64,000 nt of DNA, taken from contig OZ242029.1 of assembly GCA_965205015.1 (NCBI GenBank), positions 3,808,001-3,872,000 of the forward strand. Direction: 5' to 3'. Of this stretch, positions 29,405-39,159 are shown one piece after another. The notes under the pieces are model-generated. The model had not been told where the DNA came from and made no database searches. It worked only from the letters and a program-made list of their open reading frames with translations. Each line of letters begins with the position of its first letter. The stretch's first letter is position 1. Made by a program: the position numbers and the translations under genes. The DNA comes from Candidatus Poribacteria bacterium. GTDB taxonomy: Bacteria; Poribacteria; WGA-4E; WGA-3G.

Positions 29405-30223
29405 ATGGAAGCAGTTATCAGGCAATTCAAAGAGAACGGGTTCGCCATTCTGCGCGGCGTTTTGGAGCCGGGAACGCTTGAGGCTGTCAAACACGAATGT
29501 GAAGCGTTAGTCGCTGAACTGGCAACGCGTCGGTATGCGGAAGGAAAACTGACAGACACCCATCCCGATGCCTCTTTTGAGACCCGCCTCATTCGGCTCT
29601 ACGAAAGTTATCCCGACGAAACCCCAACCATTTTTCGCTCGGAACTCCATCGGGAAGGTTTTTTCGGTGTGTTTGCACACCCCTCTCTCCTTGAACTCGC
29701 TGGCATCATCCTCGGTCCAGAGATCCGATTGTACCCGAACTATTCTGTTCGTCCGAAACTACCGGAGAACAAACGCACAGAGGTATTATGGCATCAAGAT
29801 GCCGGTTATACCTCGAAAGCAGCTGATGTTTTGCGGATGATGAATGTCTGGACGCCTTTAGTACCGGTCAACGTTGAAAACGGGTGTATGGAATTCATTC
29901 CGGGAAGCCATAAGTGGGGTGTTGTGCCACACGAAGAGGATGAGTACTATCTGCGTATCCACGATGACTATATCAAACCGGTTGAAGCGGATGCCGTCCG
30001 TATCGAAATTCTGCCGGGGGATGTTGCCATTTTCAGTAATCTGTTGTTCCACCGCGGGTTGCCGAACCGTGCCTCACACATCCGATGGAGTTTAGATTGG
30101 CGTTATCAGGATGCCACACAACCGACGCTTCGAACGACCCACGGGCATCTCCTCCATTCACAAAGGGCACCAGACGCGGTCGTTAAAGACGCCGAGGCGT
30201 GGGCACACCTCGAATTTTCCTAA
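29405..30223 (+). CDS. PhyH family dioxygenase
   Basis: WHQD, NVWTPL, ENGCMEFIPGSH, HRG and RWSLDWRYQ. Confidence 0.9.
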   Translation: MEAVIRQFKENGFAILRGVLEPGTLEAVKHECEALVAELATRRYAEGKLTDTHPDASFETRLIRLYESYPDETPTIFRSELHREGFFGVFAHPSLLELAGIILGPEIRLYPNYSVRPKLPENKRTEVLWHQDAGYTSKAADVLRMMNVWTPLVPVNVENGCMEFIPGSHKWGVVPHEEDEYYLRIHDDYIKPVEADAVRIEILPGDVAIFSNLLFHRGLPNRASHIRWSLDWRYQDATQPTLRTTHGHLLHSQRAPDAVVKDAEAWAHLEFS

Positions 30224-30298
30224 GTGGAGGATGGCGCTACGGAGAGGCGGGTTAGATGTCTAACCCTACTGACCGAACCGCAAGGTAAAATTAAAAAC

Positions 30299-31252
30299 AT
30301 GAAACTAATTCAATTTCATCTACCCAATTTAGGCAAGCGGGTTGGGATTGTCACCCGCGATGAAGAAGTGATCGATGTAACGAGCGAGGAATCACCCGGT
30401 GTCTTAGAGGTGTTGGAACTCGCTGACAGGGAACAGGTAAGCCTTGGTGTCATACTTGCCGACATCCAAGAAGAGGTGGCAACGCCTGCACCGATGCAAC
30501 TCCGTTCACTGCCAGAGGCAGGAAACGAACCTACCGAACCCGAAGGGCTTACGCTCAAAAAATTAGATGTCGCACCTGACGAAAATGTTCCACATCTCCT
30601 ATCCCCAATCGATTCCCCTGAAGTTTGGGGATGCGGGGTAACCTACAAACGGAGTGCGGACATGCGTGATGACGATAGTGAACAGGACATCTACAGTCGC
30701 GTCTATTTCGCCGACCGTCCGGAGATATTCTTCAAAGCGACACCGGCGCGTTGCGTTGGACCCAACGGCTTTATTGGCATCCGGAGCGATTCTGTCTTGA
30801 CAGCGACTGAACCAGAACTCGCCTATGTACTTGGCAACGCCGGTGAAATCATCGGTTACACCCTCTGTAACGACGTATCCGCATGGGACATTGAACGCGA
30901 TAACCCGCTCTATCTCCCACAATCCAAAGTGTTTTATGGATGCTGCGCACTCGGTCCGATGTTCGTTACGCCTTCCGAAGTGGACGATCCCTATAACCTT
31001 GAGATGCGGTGTACCGTTCTTCGTGAAGGAGACGCTATCTATCAAGGTGAGGTCAACACATCTCAAATCAATTGGAAGTTTGAAGAACTCACCGAATTCC
31101 TGATGCGGGATAACCCGATTCCGTTTGGAACCGTCGTTTCAACAGGCACGGGTATCATTGTCCCGAACGATTTACCGCTTGCCCCAGGGGATACTGTCGC
31201 AATAGAAATTGATGGGTTCGGCACGCTGTCAAACCCCGTTAAGCAACTTTAG
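30299..31252 (+). CDS. fumarylacetoacetate hydrolase family (2-keto-3-deoxy-pentonate dehydratase-like)
   Basis: EVWGCGVTYKRS, RPEIFFKA, EPEL, NDVSAWDIERDNPLYLPQSK and TGTGIIVP. Confidence 0.88.
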   Translation: MKLIQFHLPNLGKRVGIVTRDEEVIDVTSEESPGVLEVLELADREQVSLGVILADIQEEVATPAPMQLRSLPEAGNEPTEPEGLTLKKLDVAPDENVPHLLSPIDSPEVWGCGVTYKRSADMRDDDSEQDIYSRVYFADRPEIFFKATPARCVGPNGFIGIRSDSVLTATEPELAYVLGNAGEIIGYTLCNDVSAWDIERDNPLYLPQSKVFYGCCALGPMFVTPSEVDDPYNLEMRCTVLREGDAIYQGEVNTSQINWKFEELTEFLMRDNPIPFGTVVSTGTGIIVPNDLPLAPGDTVAIEIDGFGTLSNPVKQL

Positions 31253-31263
31253 GAGAACGGATA

Positions 31264-32376
31264 ATGAACACCAGCACTGAACCTTTTATCGGCATGCACA
31301 AAACGGAATTGGACACACCGGCGTTGCTGATTGATCTGGATAAAATGGAAGCCAATATACAGACGATGGCGGACTATCTCAGTACAGTAGATACGCAACT
31401 GAGACCTCACATGAAGACGCATAAGACACCTATCATCGCGCATAAACAGATTGCAGCGGGTGCTATCGGCGTTACCTGTGCGAAACTCGGTGAGGCAGAA
31501 GCCGTGATCCACGCCGGCGTTCGAGATGTGCTCATCGCCAACCAAATTGTCGGTTCACATAAGATTGCTCGTCTCATCAACCTCGCGAAGCACTCGGAAA
31601 TTATGGTTGCCGTTGACGATCCTCAGAACGTGCAAGCCATCTCCGAGGCGGCTGTCGCTAAAGGTGTAACCGTCAGGATGTTAATAGAGGTGAACATCGG
31701 TATGGACCGATGTGGCGTTGAACCCGGCAAACCGGCGTTAGAACTGGCAAATCAGATATGCCAAAGTCCAAACCTGAAATTTGAGGGATTGATGGGTTAC
31801 GAGGGACATACTGTTGCCAAGCCAGACCTGAAGGAACGAAAAGCAGGCGTGCAGGAAGCGATGCAACATCTGCTTGAGGCAAAGCACTACCTCGAAAAAC
31901 ACGGTGTAGAGGTTTCCATTATGAGTGGCGGCGGCACAGGAACCTTTAACATCACGGGAAATATTTCGGAAATGACAGAGGTGCAGGCGGGTTCCTATAT
32001 CTTCATGGATGCTACCTATCGAAACGTAGAAGGTGTTGGGGATCAGTTCGACTGCTCGTTGTCAGTTTTGGCAACTGTTGTGAGTCGGCCATCTCCAGAT
32101 CGAATCATAGTAGATACAGGTTTGAAGGTGCTCGCGAAAGAGTTCGGGATTCCACAGCCGATGGGTATAGCAGGGGTGGAGATGACCGGACTCTCTGAAG
32201 AGCACGGAAAGATGCAAGTATCGGATACCAACGTTTCCCTCACACCCGGGGATAAACTTGAGATTTTACCGACACACTGTTGTACGACAGTGAATCTCCA
32301 CGACAGATATTACGGCATCCGTAACGGGATTGTTGAATCTGTGTGGGACATCGCAGCGAGAGGAAAAGCGCAGTAA
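31264..32376 (+). CDS. D-threonine aldolase / D-serine dehydratase family fold-III PLP enzyme
   Basis: [34 protein letters not shown] and HCCTTVN. Confidence 0.9.
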   Translation: MNTSTEPFIGMHKTELDTPALLIDLDKMEANIQTMADYLSTVDTQLRPHMKTHKTPIIAHKQIAAGAIGVTCAKLGEAEAVIHAGVRDVLIANQIVGSHKIARLINLAKHSEIMVAVDDPQNVQAISEAAVAKGVTVRMLIEVNIGMDRCGVEPGKPALELANQICQSPNLKFEGLMGYEGHTVAKPDLKERKAGVQEAMQHLLEAKHYLEKHGVEVSIMSGGGTGTFNITGNISEMTEVQAGSYIFMDATYRNVEGVGDQFDCSLSVLATVVSRPSPDRIIVDTGLKVLAKEFGIPQPMGIAGVEMTGLSEEHGKMQVSDTNVSLTPGDKLEILPTHCCTTVNLHDRYYGIRNGIVESVWDIAARGKAQ

Positions 32377-32696
32377 TGATTACGACAACTACGAATACCA
32401 TTGAAGGCAGACAGATTCGACAATATCTCGGACTTGTTACAGGTGAAACTATCATGGGAGCGAATGTTATTAGCGACTTTATGGCAAGTATCACAGACTT
32501 TGTCGGTGGACGTTCAGGCACTTATGAGAGCAAATTCTCGGAAGCGCGTGAAACAGCACTCCGAGAGATGGAAGAAGAAGCGAAGCGCAAAGGGGCAGAT
32601 GCCGTAGTCGGTATTGACATCGATTATCAGGTCCTTGGTGCCAGTAACGGTATGCTGATGGTGACAGCGACTGGAACTGCCGTGAGGACTGGATGA
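32376..32696 (+). CDS. YbjQ/UPF0145 family protein
   Basis: [38 protein letters not shown]. Confidence 0.92.
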   Translation: MITTTTNTIEGRQIRQYLGLVTGETIMGANVISDFMASITDFVGGRSGTYESKFSEARETALREMEEEAKRKGADAVVGIDIDYQVLGASNGMLMVTATGTAVRTG

Positions 32697-32787
32697 ACTT
32701 TTGTGGGAGGGGTTTGTAACCCCGATTTCCTTTGGGATACGTGAAGGTAACAAATTCACCTAACGAACTACAAGGAGAAATTAAAAG

Positions 32788-33972
32788 ATGAAAATGCGCC
32801 CTTCTATAGTTAAATTAAACCCTATTCGGAAATTTGCTTACCTCTCCAGTTTGCTTGTTGCGAGTATCTTCATGCTGACACAGGTACCTGTGGAAGGCTA
32901 CATCGCAAAACGTTACACCATCAGACAAATCGTTGCCGAAAGCACCAACATCGTATTCGGGACGGTCTCCGAGGTTAACGTCAAGCGACGGACGGCGAAG
33001 GTCAAAGTGGAAGAGAACCTTAAAGGCACCAGCGAATTTCAGGAGATTCGGATTCGGTTCGACGTCTACAAGGGAGAGGCAGATCATAGGGACGAAATTA
33101 TCCATTTCCTGAAAGCAGGCGAACCTATTATTGTCTTTTACCTGAAAGCAGGCGGACGCATTGACAGTCTGGCACATACAAGGGGGAGATGGTTCCAAAC
33201 GCAGGTCACAGCGAAAAACAGGGAACGCACAGAGTGGGGATGGTGGCTCTTTACACACTTTGAGAAATATCTCAACAGAGACAAGGTCTCCAGGCGAGAT
33301 TCAACCCCGGATTTTCAAGAGGAATTGCGTAATTTACTCAGCGGAGACGCCCTTGAACTGCTGCTACTCAAAACGGATAGATATGACTCAGAACCTCGCG
33401 CGATTGCCGAACTTGATGCTGTAGCAGACTTCGGTTTTGTGTATCATGCCACGAATGACCGTAATTTACCGACGCTCCGTGAAGCAGATATTCTATGGAT
33501 CGGTTTTCGATCGCTCTCCGAAGGGAGATACCGGCTTAACAAGAAACAGGAGAATCGGATTAAGGAATTCGTGAAAAACGGTGGTATTGTCATCGCCTCT
33601 GGACAGGATAGCGATAAGGAGCGTCCATGCGGTAGCGGTTGGTTACCCGAACCACTCACGGGTGTAGAAAGCCCATCTCGGAACGATTTCCGAACCACCT
33701 CTCAGGCGGGTGAACTGTTTAAGGCACCGAACCGTATCCGGTCAGGGCAACTTTCACTTGATGATTCATGGAAGGGGTGGAATGAGAAATATGAGATCCT
33801 CGCGACAACCAACGATGGCAAAGAGATCGTCGTCGCTAAGTTGAAACACGGCAAAGGGATATATCTGGTCACTAACCTCCACAATCAGAGGGACTCGCAG
33901 GTCTCTAAGAACCGTCGAATGCTTGAGAATTTGGTGCATTTCGCTGTAGGATTTTTAGAGACGTCTAAGTAG
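32788..33972 (+). CDS. exported hypothetical protein with C-terminal class-I-GATase-like fold
   Basis: Signal-like N-terminus; ADILWI..IKEFVKNGGIVI..GKGIYLV..MLENLV pattern. Confidence 0.65.
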   Translation: MKMRPSIVKLNPIRKFAYLSSLLVASIFMLTQVPVEGYIAKRYTIRQIVAESTNIVFGTVSEVNVKRRTAKVKVEENLKGTSEFQEIRIRFDVYKGEADHRDEIIHFLKAGEPIIVFYLKAGGRIDSLAHTRGRWFQTQVTAKNRERTEWGWWLFTHFEKYLNRDKVSRRDSTPDFQEELRNLLSGDALELLLLKTDRYDSEPRAIAELDAVADFGFVYHATNDRNLPTLREADILWIGFRSLSEGRYRLNKKQENRIKEFVKNGGIVIASGQDSDKERPCGSGWLPEPLTGVESPSRNDFRTTSQAGELFKAPNRIRSGQLSLDDSWKGWNEKYEILATTNDGKEIVVAKLKHGKGIYLVTNLHNQRDSQVSKNRRMLENLVHFAVGFLETSK

Positions 33973-33986
33973 CAGAGGAAAATCAG

Positions 33987-35630
33987 ATGAGAAACGCGAC
34001 CCGGATTTTTGGGATTTATGTGATTCCCATGATGAAATCTTCGATAATCGTGGTGAATCATAAAATCATAAAAACCGTAGTTCAGACTTTAACCCATAAC
34101 CGAAGACCGATAACTGCTTTTCTGAGTCTTTTCTTTCTTTTCTTTGCTTCTGCACGCCCTGCACACGCAGTCATTCCGCAATTACTCGGACCGCTCACGG
34201 CGTTGCTAAGCATCGTTCCACAGATCCTTGCTTTTGTTGGGGTCGCCCTTATCACTGGACTCGTGTTTGCACGAGACACGACCAAAATGCTTTTCTATAG
34301 GTTCCGGGACTTTGCGATTGCCCATAAAGTCACTGCTTCTGTCCTGAGTGTAATTTTCCTCGTTGGATTCGGGTGGGGTTCCTATACACTCATTCGGATG
34401 ACCTTAAGTCCAATGGCGTCATCCCGTGAAGCAAAGGTGCCCAGAACAGAAATAGGGAACAGACAGGCAAACAGGTCTTGGTCAAGTTTCCGAGGTGGGA
34501 AAAGTCGGACTGGACATGTGGACACCCTCCCAGGTCCAACGAGCGGAACCCCGGCATGGATTTTCAAAGATGAAGAGCCGATGGCGGTTGACTTCTCCTC
34601 GTCTCCAGCGGTTGTTGGGAACCGACTCTATATCGGTTCTTCGCACGGTTCCATCTTTTCGTTAGGCGGTGCGACTTACTGTATTGATACGGAATCGCAG
34701 AAGATCCTCTGGCGGCATACTTCCTCGATCCCAATATTTTCATCGCCTGCGGTTGCTGGCGGTCGGGTTTACATCGGTGAAGGGTATCACCACGACAGCA
34801 ATTGCCAGCTCCGGTGCCTTGATGCACGCACGGGTGAGCTCATTTGGTCATTCCAAACAGCGAGCCATGTTGAATCAACGCCGTTTATCAGTCAAGGAAA
34901 GCTCTACTTCACGGCAGGGGCTGATGGGGTCTACTGTATTGATGCGTTAGAGGGAAAACAAATTTGGCACTATCCAGAGATTCACGCCGACATGGCGCCT
35001 GTTGTGTATAACGATAAGGTCTACTTCGGCACAGGCTATGGAGATTATCGGATTTATGCCGTTGATGTGCAAACAGGTGCCGAGGTATGGTCGAAGCAGA
35101 TGCCGTATCCCGTGTGGGGGAGTCCGAGCGCAGACGAAGATATCGTCTTTTTTGGACTTGGCAGAGGCAATTTTTCCGAGAGTGCTCCGATACCCGCGGG
35201 TAAAGTTGTTGCACTTGACACCGAAACTGGCGATCTCGTATGGGAGCATGAGGCAGAGGATGCGGTCCTGACAGCCATCGCCGTTCAGAACGGTTATGTC
35301 ACTTTTGGTTCGCGCGATGGGTATGTTTATTCGCTCCAGTCAACAGATGGGGAACTCAACTGGAAAACTGACCTTGGTGGACCCGTTGTTTCCTCACCTG
35401 CTGTAACGATAGAGACTGTCTATGCGGCGACGAAAAACGGGTATATCTACGCCCTTTCCGCTGATAATGGAAAAGTGCAGTGGGAGTTTGATACGGGAAT
35501 TATTAACCGGAACATAGAACTGTATTCATCACCCGCGATTGCCAATGGTCTGCTCTACATTGGCTCCAGCGATCGCTATATTTTCTGTTTTGGTGGGGAT
35601 GAAGGTCGTGAAATGATTGGTAATCGGTGA
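33987..35630 (+). CDS. membrane-anchored PQQ-type (BamB-like) beta-propeller protein
   Basis: N-terminal TM helices; repeated SSPAV..VYxG..YALD..G..W units. Confidence 0.85.
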   Translation: MRNATRIFGIYVIPMMKSSIIVVNHKIIKTVVQTLTHNRRPITAFLSLFFLFFASARPAHAVIPQLLGPLTALLSIVPQILAFVGVALITGLVFARDTTKMLFYRFRDFAIAHKVTASVLSVIFLVGFGWGSYTLIRMTLSPMASSREAKVPRTEIGNRQANRSWSSFRGGKSRTGHVDTLPGPTSGTPAWIFKDEEPMAVDFSSSPAVVGNRLYIGSSHGSIFSLGGATYCIDTESQKILWRHTSSIPIFSSPAVAGGRVYIGEGYHHDSNCQLRCLDARTGELIWSFQTASHVESTPFISQGKLYFTAGADGVYCIDALEGKQIWHYPEIHADMAPVVYNDKVYFGTGYGDYRIYAVDVQTGAEVWSKQMPYPVWGSPSADEDIVFFGLGRGNFSESAPIPAGKVVALDTETGDLVWEHEAEDAVLTAIAVQNGYVTFGSRDGYVYSLQSTDGELNWKTDLGGPVVSSPAVTIETVYAATKNGYIYALSADNGKVQWEFDTGIINRNIELYSSPAIANGLLYIGSSDRYIFCFGGDEGREMIGNR

Positions 35631-35642
35631 TAAGGAGAAAAA

Positions 35643-36479
35643 ATGAACAAGTGTATTTTTCTTTTCGCAATCGCTCTGCTCGTTTTCGGCACCAATACGA
35701 TAGCAGATGCGCAGTGGCGCAGTAAAACGCACGATGTTTACAATGCCCTCACAGGGATCGACGTTAAAATTGACGGTGAGCTTGACGAATGGGAGGGGGT
35801 CCTTGAGACGGTCACTGGCACCGATGGAAAACCGTTTTGTGGTGTTGAATACTCTGGTAATGTATTTCAAGAGCACAATGGTGGCAAGTGGAAAGGCGCT
35901 GATGACCATGAGACCTGCTTCATGATTACCTGGGACGCGGAAGCTGTCTACATTGCACTCATTGTCACTGACGATGAACATGAACACGCTGCCGCAGCTG
36001 CATGGAACGGTGACGGGGCGCAACTCGCTTTTGAAATGAGTGGTAAACGGAGCCCTGGCATACAGATGTGGCTCTACAATGTCGGTTTAGATGATAAAGC
36101 AGAGAGCATTCTTCCAGTAGCACTCAATGAGAATCCCGGTGGGGCAGGTATTGCGCCTGATGACGATATCGTTGTTATCCGAAATGAAGCCGAAAAGAAG
36201 ACCTACTATGAACTCAGATTCACAGCCGAAGAGTTGCAGGTAAAAGGGGAAAAATTCAGCGAGAGCTTTGAATTCGGACTCGGCATCTGTGTCAATGACG
36301 GTGACAGAGAGGCAGGCCAGGAAGGGCAGAAGGGGTGGAGCGGTTGGTATACGCATTCTATCGTTTTTGGAAAGAACTCGGAGCATACGGGTTTGGTCGT
36401 TCTTACGAAGGAAGTACTTGCTGTCGAAGCCTCTCACAAGTTAGCCACGACATGGGGTACTTTAAAATCCGTCCGATGA
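35643..36479 (+). CDS. secreted CBM9/DOMON-like protein with KLATTWGTLK C-terminal motif
   Basis: Signal peptide; IDGELDEW, TWDAEAVY..VTDD, WNGDGAQL and GICVNDGD. Confidence 0.8.
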   Translation: MNKCIFLFAIALLVFGTNTIADAQWRSKTHDVYNALTGIDVKIDGELDEWEGVLETVTGTDGKPFCGVEYSGNVFQEHNGGKWKGADDHETCFMITWDAEAVYIALIVTDDEHEHAAAAAWNGDGAQLAFEMSGKRSPGIQMWLYNVGLDDKAESILPVALNENPGGAGIAPDDDIVVIRNEAEKKTYYELRFTAEELQVKGEKFSESFEFGLGICVNDGDREAGQEGQKGWSGWYTHSIVFGKNSEHTGLVVLTKEVLAVEASHKLATTWGTLKSVR

Positions 36480-36494
36480 GAGACAAAAAATAGG

Positions 36495-36524
36495 AAAAGC
36501 CGCCTAAAATTGGCGGCTTTTTTT
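36495..36524. terminator. bidirectional intrinsic terminator
   Basis: AAAAGCCGCC-taaaatt-GGCGGCTTTTTTT between convergent genes. Confidence 0.85.
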
Positions 36525-36539
36525 ATCTGCTTGATAAAC

Positions 36540-37571
36540 CTAATGATCGTGATGGTTGGATTTGTGGTAATGTAATCGGAGCAGATCGACACCGAAATCG
36601 TCTGCGATGTGCCGCCACACGGAATGGATATGGTTCGCATCGTTTTGCGTATTGTCATATTCTACAAAGAAAAAGGGACCGTGTAGCCTATAGTAGTGTG
36701 GGGTTTTGGGGGTCTCTCCTCCCGCCCAAGCGAAATGGATATCGCTAACGTTCCCTTCGCGTAGTTTACGGAGTTCTATTTGGGCAACCTCGTCAGGCAG
36801 TCGATCGATGTATTCATGCACGAGGGTCATCAAGAGTTCACGCTGGGATGTTTCCATAGATTCTGCGGCTAATCCTTCAACAGCCTCAAACTCGACTTTA
36901 GGGACGTCGCGCGTCAAAATATCGGAGGGGGCATCGGCATTGATGATTGTTTGACGCTTTTGCGTGGCATTCAGACTTGTCAGGAGTTGGCGCGCAATAT
37001 CTTCCTCAGCGGAAAGGACTCTTAATCCCTTTTTCTCGCCTTGGGGCACCTCTGCCGGATTCGACCCGAAGAAAAACGGGTTTGGTGAAATCAGTTCGCG
37101 ATTGACGACCGTAAAGTTAAGCGAAACATGGTGTCCCTCAGCACGCCACCCCCAGGCGCCATTGCCGGTCGGATCACCGAATACGGTAAAAAAGTAGAGT
37201 CCAGGGTCTCGTACCAATCGCGCTTCCCCGGCGGCTTTTTCAATCTCGCCGAGCGTTGTTTCTAAATTAATAATTGCCCGGGCTTTCTGATACCCCTTCG
37301 CACTCAAGCCGCTTTCCATGAGAGCGAATGCTGCTGCCTGCTGTTTTGTATTCAGTTTATTGAGAGAAACGCCTTCCCGCTCCCACATTTCGATGGGAAT
37401 GTAGTGCCACCGGAACCGTTCATTTCCATCAAATGGAAGTGCTGCCTCTTGACGTAACGCCGGTGTTAATGTATCCAGAAAGTTGCCTGCTGCTCGCGCC
37501 ATCTGTTCCGCTGTCTCTGAAGCGGGAATAAACAAAGGTTTTTGTTCGGGATGGGTATGTGTGTGTGCCAC
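36540..37571 (-). CDS. DUF3500 family protein
   Basis: WGWRAEGHHVSLN, FFGSNP, FAWAG, YYRLHGP and EYDNTQNDANHIHSVWR; GTG start after GGAGG. Confidence 0.88.
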   Translation of the reverse strand: MAHTHTHPEQKPLFIPASETAEQMARAAGNFLDTLTPALRQEAALPFDGNERFRWHYIPIEMWEREGVSLNKLNTKQQAAAFALMESGLSAKGYQKARAIINLETTLGEIEKAAGEARLVRDPGLYFFTVFGDPTGNGAWGWRAEGHHVSLNFTVVNRELISPNPFFFGSNPAEVPQGEKKGLRVLSAEEDIARQLLTSLNATQKRQTIINADAPSDILTRDVPKVEFEAVEGLAAESMETSQRELLMTLVHEYIDRLPDEVAQIELRKLREGNVSDIHFAWAGGETPKTPHYYRLHGPFFFVEYDNTQNDANHIHSVWRHIADDFGVDLLRLHYHKSNHHDH

Positions 37572-37870
37572 AAAAAGTACCTCCATTAGCATAGGACGCC
37601 GATACGCAGCCCGCGTCCTACAAATCAAATTAATTGCGTTTGCCCTACGAGGAACTATTTTAAACGAACTACGCGTGAAAATCAAGTGCTTTAATAATTT
37701 TCAGCAGTAATATCAAAGATTCTTGACAATCGGCTACAAATTTTGTAAACTTATTTAGATGGCTTCCGTTTAAGAGGTCAGAGGGAATAGAGGCGTAGGT
37801 TTGGATGTAGTGTCGCCTTCTTCGCATTGGATGTTAGCGGTTGCGGAGCGGTATGTGTATAGCGGGAATT

Positions 37871-38452
37871 ATGGACAAATTGATTGACGATGAAATGTTA
37901 GTTGCTCAGTTTCAATCCGGTCGCCAAAATGCTTTTGATGAGTTGATGAAACGCTATAAAGCCAAGATTTTCTCGTACCTTCTGCGTTCTGTCAGAAATT
38001 ATGAGGATGCTGAGGATATCACCATCGAAGTGTTTTTTAAGGCGTACCGCGCCCTTGAGAATTGGCAACCGAAAGCCAAGTTTTCAACATGGCTCTATAA
38101 GATCGCGTCTAATCTCGCTATTGACTATCACCGTACGAAAGCGCGGCATCCTGTTTCTGCCTTGGAGGACATGGAAATCCCTGAAGCGAACCTCGTTGCG
38201 ACGGATCTTTACAGCGACCCTGTCCAGCAGGTAGAAGATCAGGAACGCGGACGTATCATACGGGAGGCGATCGATCAGCTCTCCCCGAAACAGAAAGCCG
38301 TCTTTATGTTAAGTCGATATGAAGGTTTACACCTGAAAGAGGTCGCTGAAACGTTGGAGATGGCGGAAGGGACCGTAAAAATTCACCTTCACCGGGCAGT
38401 CAAACGTTTACAAACGTTGTTACGACCGCTCTGGGAAAATAATGAAATTTAA
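37871..38452 (+). CDS. ECF RNA polymerase sigma factor
   Basis: AFDELMKRY, DAEDITIEVFFKAY, FSTWLYKIASN and region-4 HTH; promoter TTGACA-17-TAAACT at 37723-37751. Confidence 0.92.
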   Translation: MDKLIDDEMLVAQFQSGRQNAFDELMKRYKAKIFSYLLRSVRNYEDAEDITIEVFFKAYRALENWQPKAKFSTWLYKIASNLAIDYHRTKARHPVSALEDMEIPEANLVATDLYSDPVQQVEDQERGRIIREAIDQLSPKQKAVFMLSRYEGLHLKEVAETLEMAEGTVKIHLHRAVKRLQTLLRPLWENNEI

Positions 38453-38472
38453 AGAAAGGAGACGCATTTATT

Positions 38473-39093
38473 ATGCCTAAATGTATAAAATCTGGAGGGC
38501 AAGCGATTGATTATGCTTCTAAACTGCTGTCGCCAGAAGAAGTAGAGCCCTTTGAAGAACACCTTAAGAGCTGCCCTGACTGTACCGAAGCAGTTCAATC
38601 TTTTCGGACTGTCTTACAGTTGACAGACACGGCACAAGCGGAATTGCGTGTGCCTGAACTCGCGTTACAAGACATTGAAATGAACGTCTACAAACGTCTC
38701 GCCGCGGCACACGAGCAAACGCTGCTTTCGCGGGTGCGTGCATCCATTGCGAACTTCGGTTCCCTTTTCCGTTGGTATAGAATTGCTGCTGCTGCGAGCA
38801 CGATTGTTATTGCCATAATAACGATCACGCTTCTATGGGGAAGGTTTTTTCCAGATGCCGTACCGCCGCTGCCGGATGAGCAATCCGCTGTCGCCCGGAT
38901 CGAACAATATCGTCAACAAGATATCCAACGAAACTTAGAGGAGGCACTCATCACGCATCACCTCCGAAACGATGCCTGGGATACAGAAAGTCAGCTCTAC
39001 CGCATGAAAGAACAGGCAGATGGGACCGATTGGATGGCGGTTGCGGATGCCCATCTTCAGAACCTTCAATCTGGAACCTTGAATACACCATAG
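38473..39093 (+). CDS. zinc-finger (HxxxCxxC) transmembrane anti-sigma factor
   Basis: FEEHLKSCPDC, single TM helix, directly after the ECF sigma. Confidence 0.85.
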   Translation: MPKCIKSGGQAIDYASKLLSPEEVEPFEEHLKSCPDCTEAVQSFRTVLQLTDTAQAELRVPELALQDIEMNVYKRLAAAHEQTLLSRVRASIANFGSLFRWYRIAAAASTIVIAIITITLLWGRFFPDAVPPLPDEQSAVARIEQYRQQDIQRNLEEALITHHLRNDAWDTESQLYRMKEQADGTDWMAVADAHLQNLQSGTLNTP

Positions 39094-39159
39094 CGGAATA
39101 GCAAGCGTATTTCTAAATGACGAATCCCTCGGTCCCGCTTCTTTTTAAGGATTCCTAAA

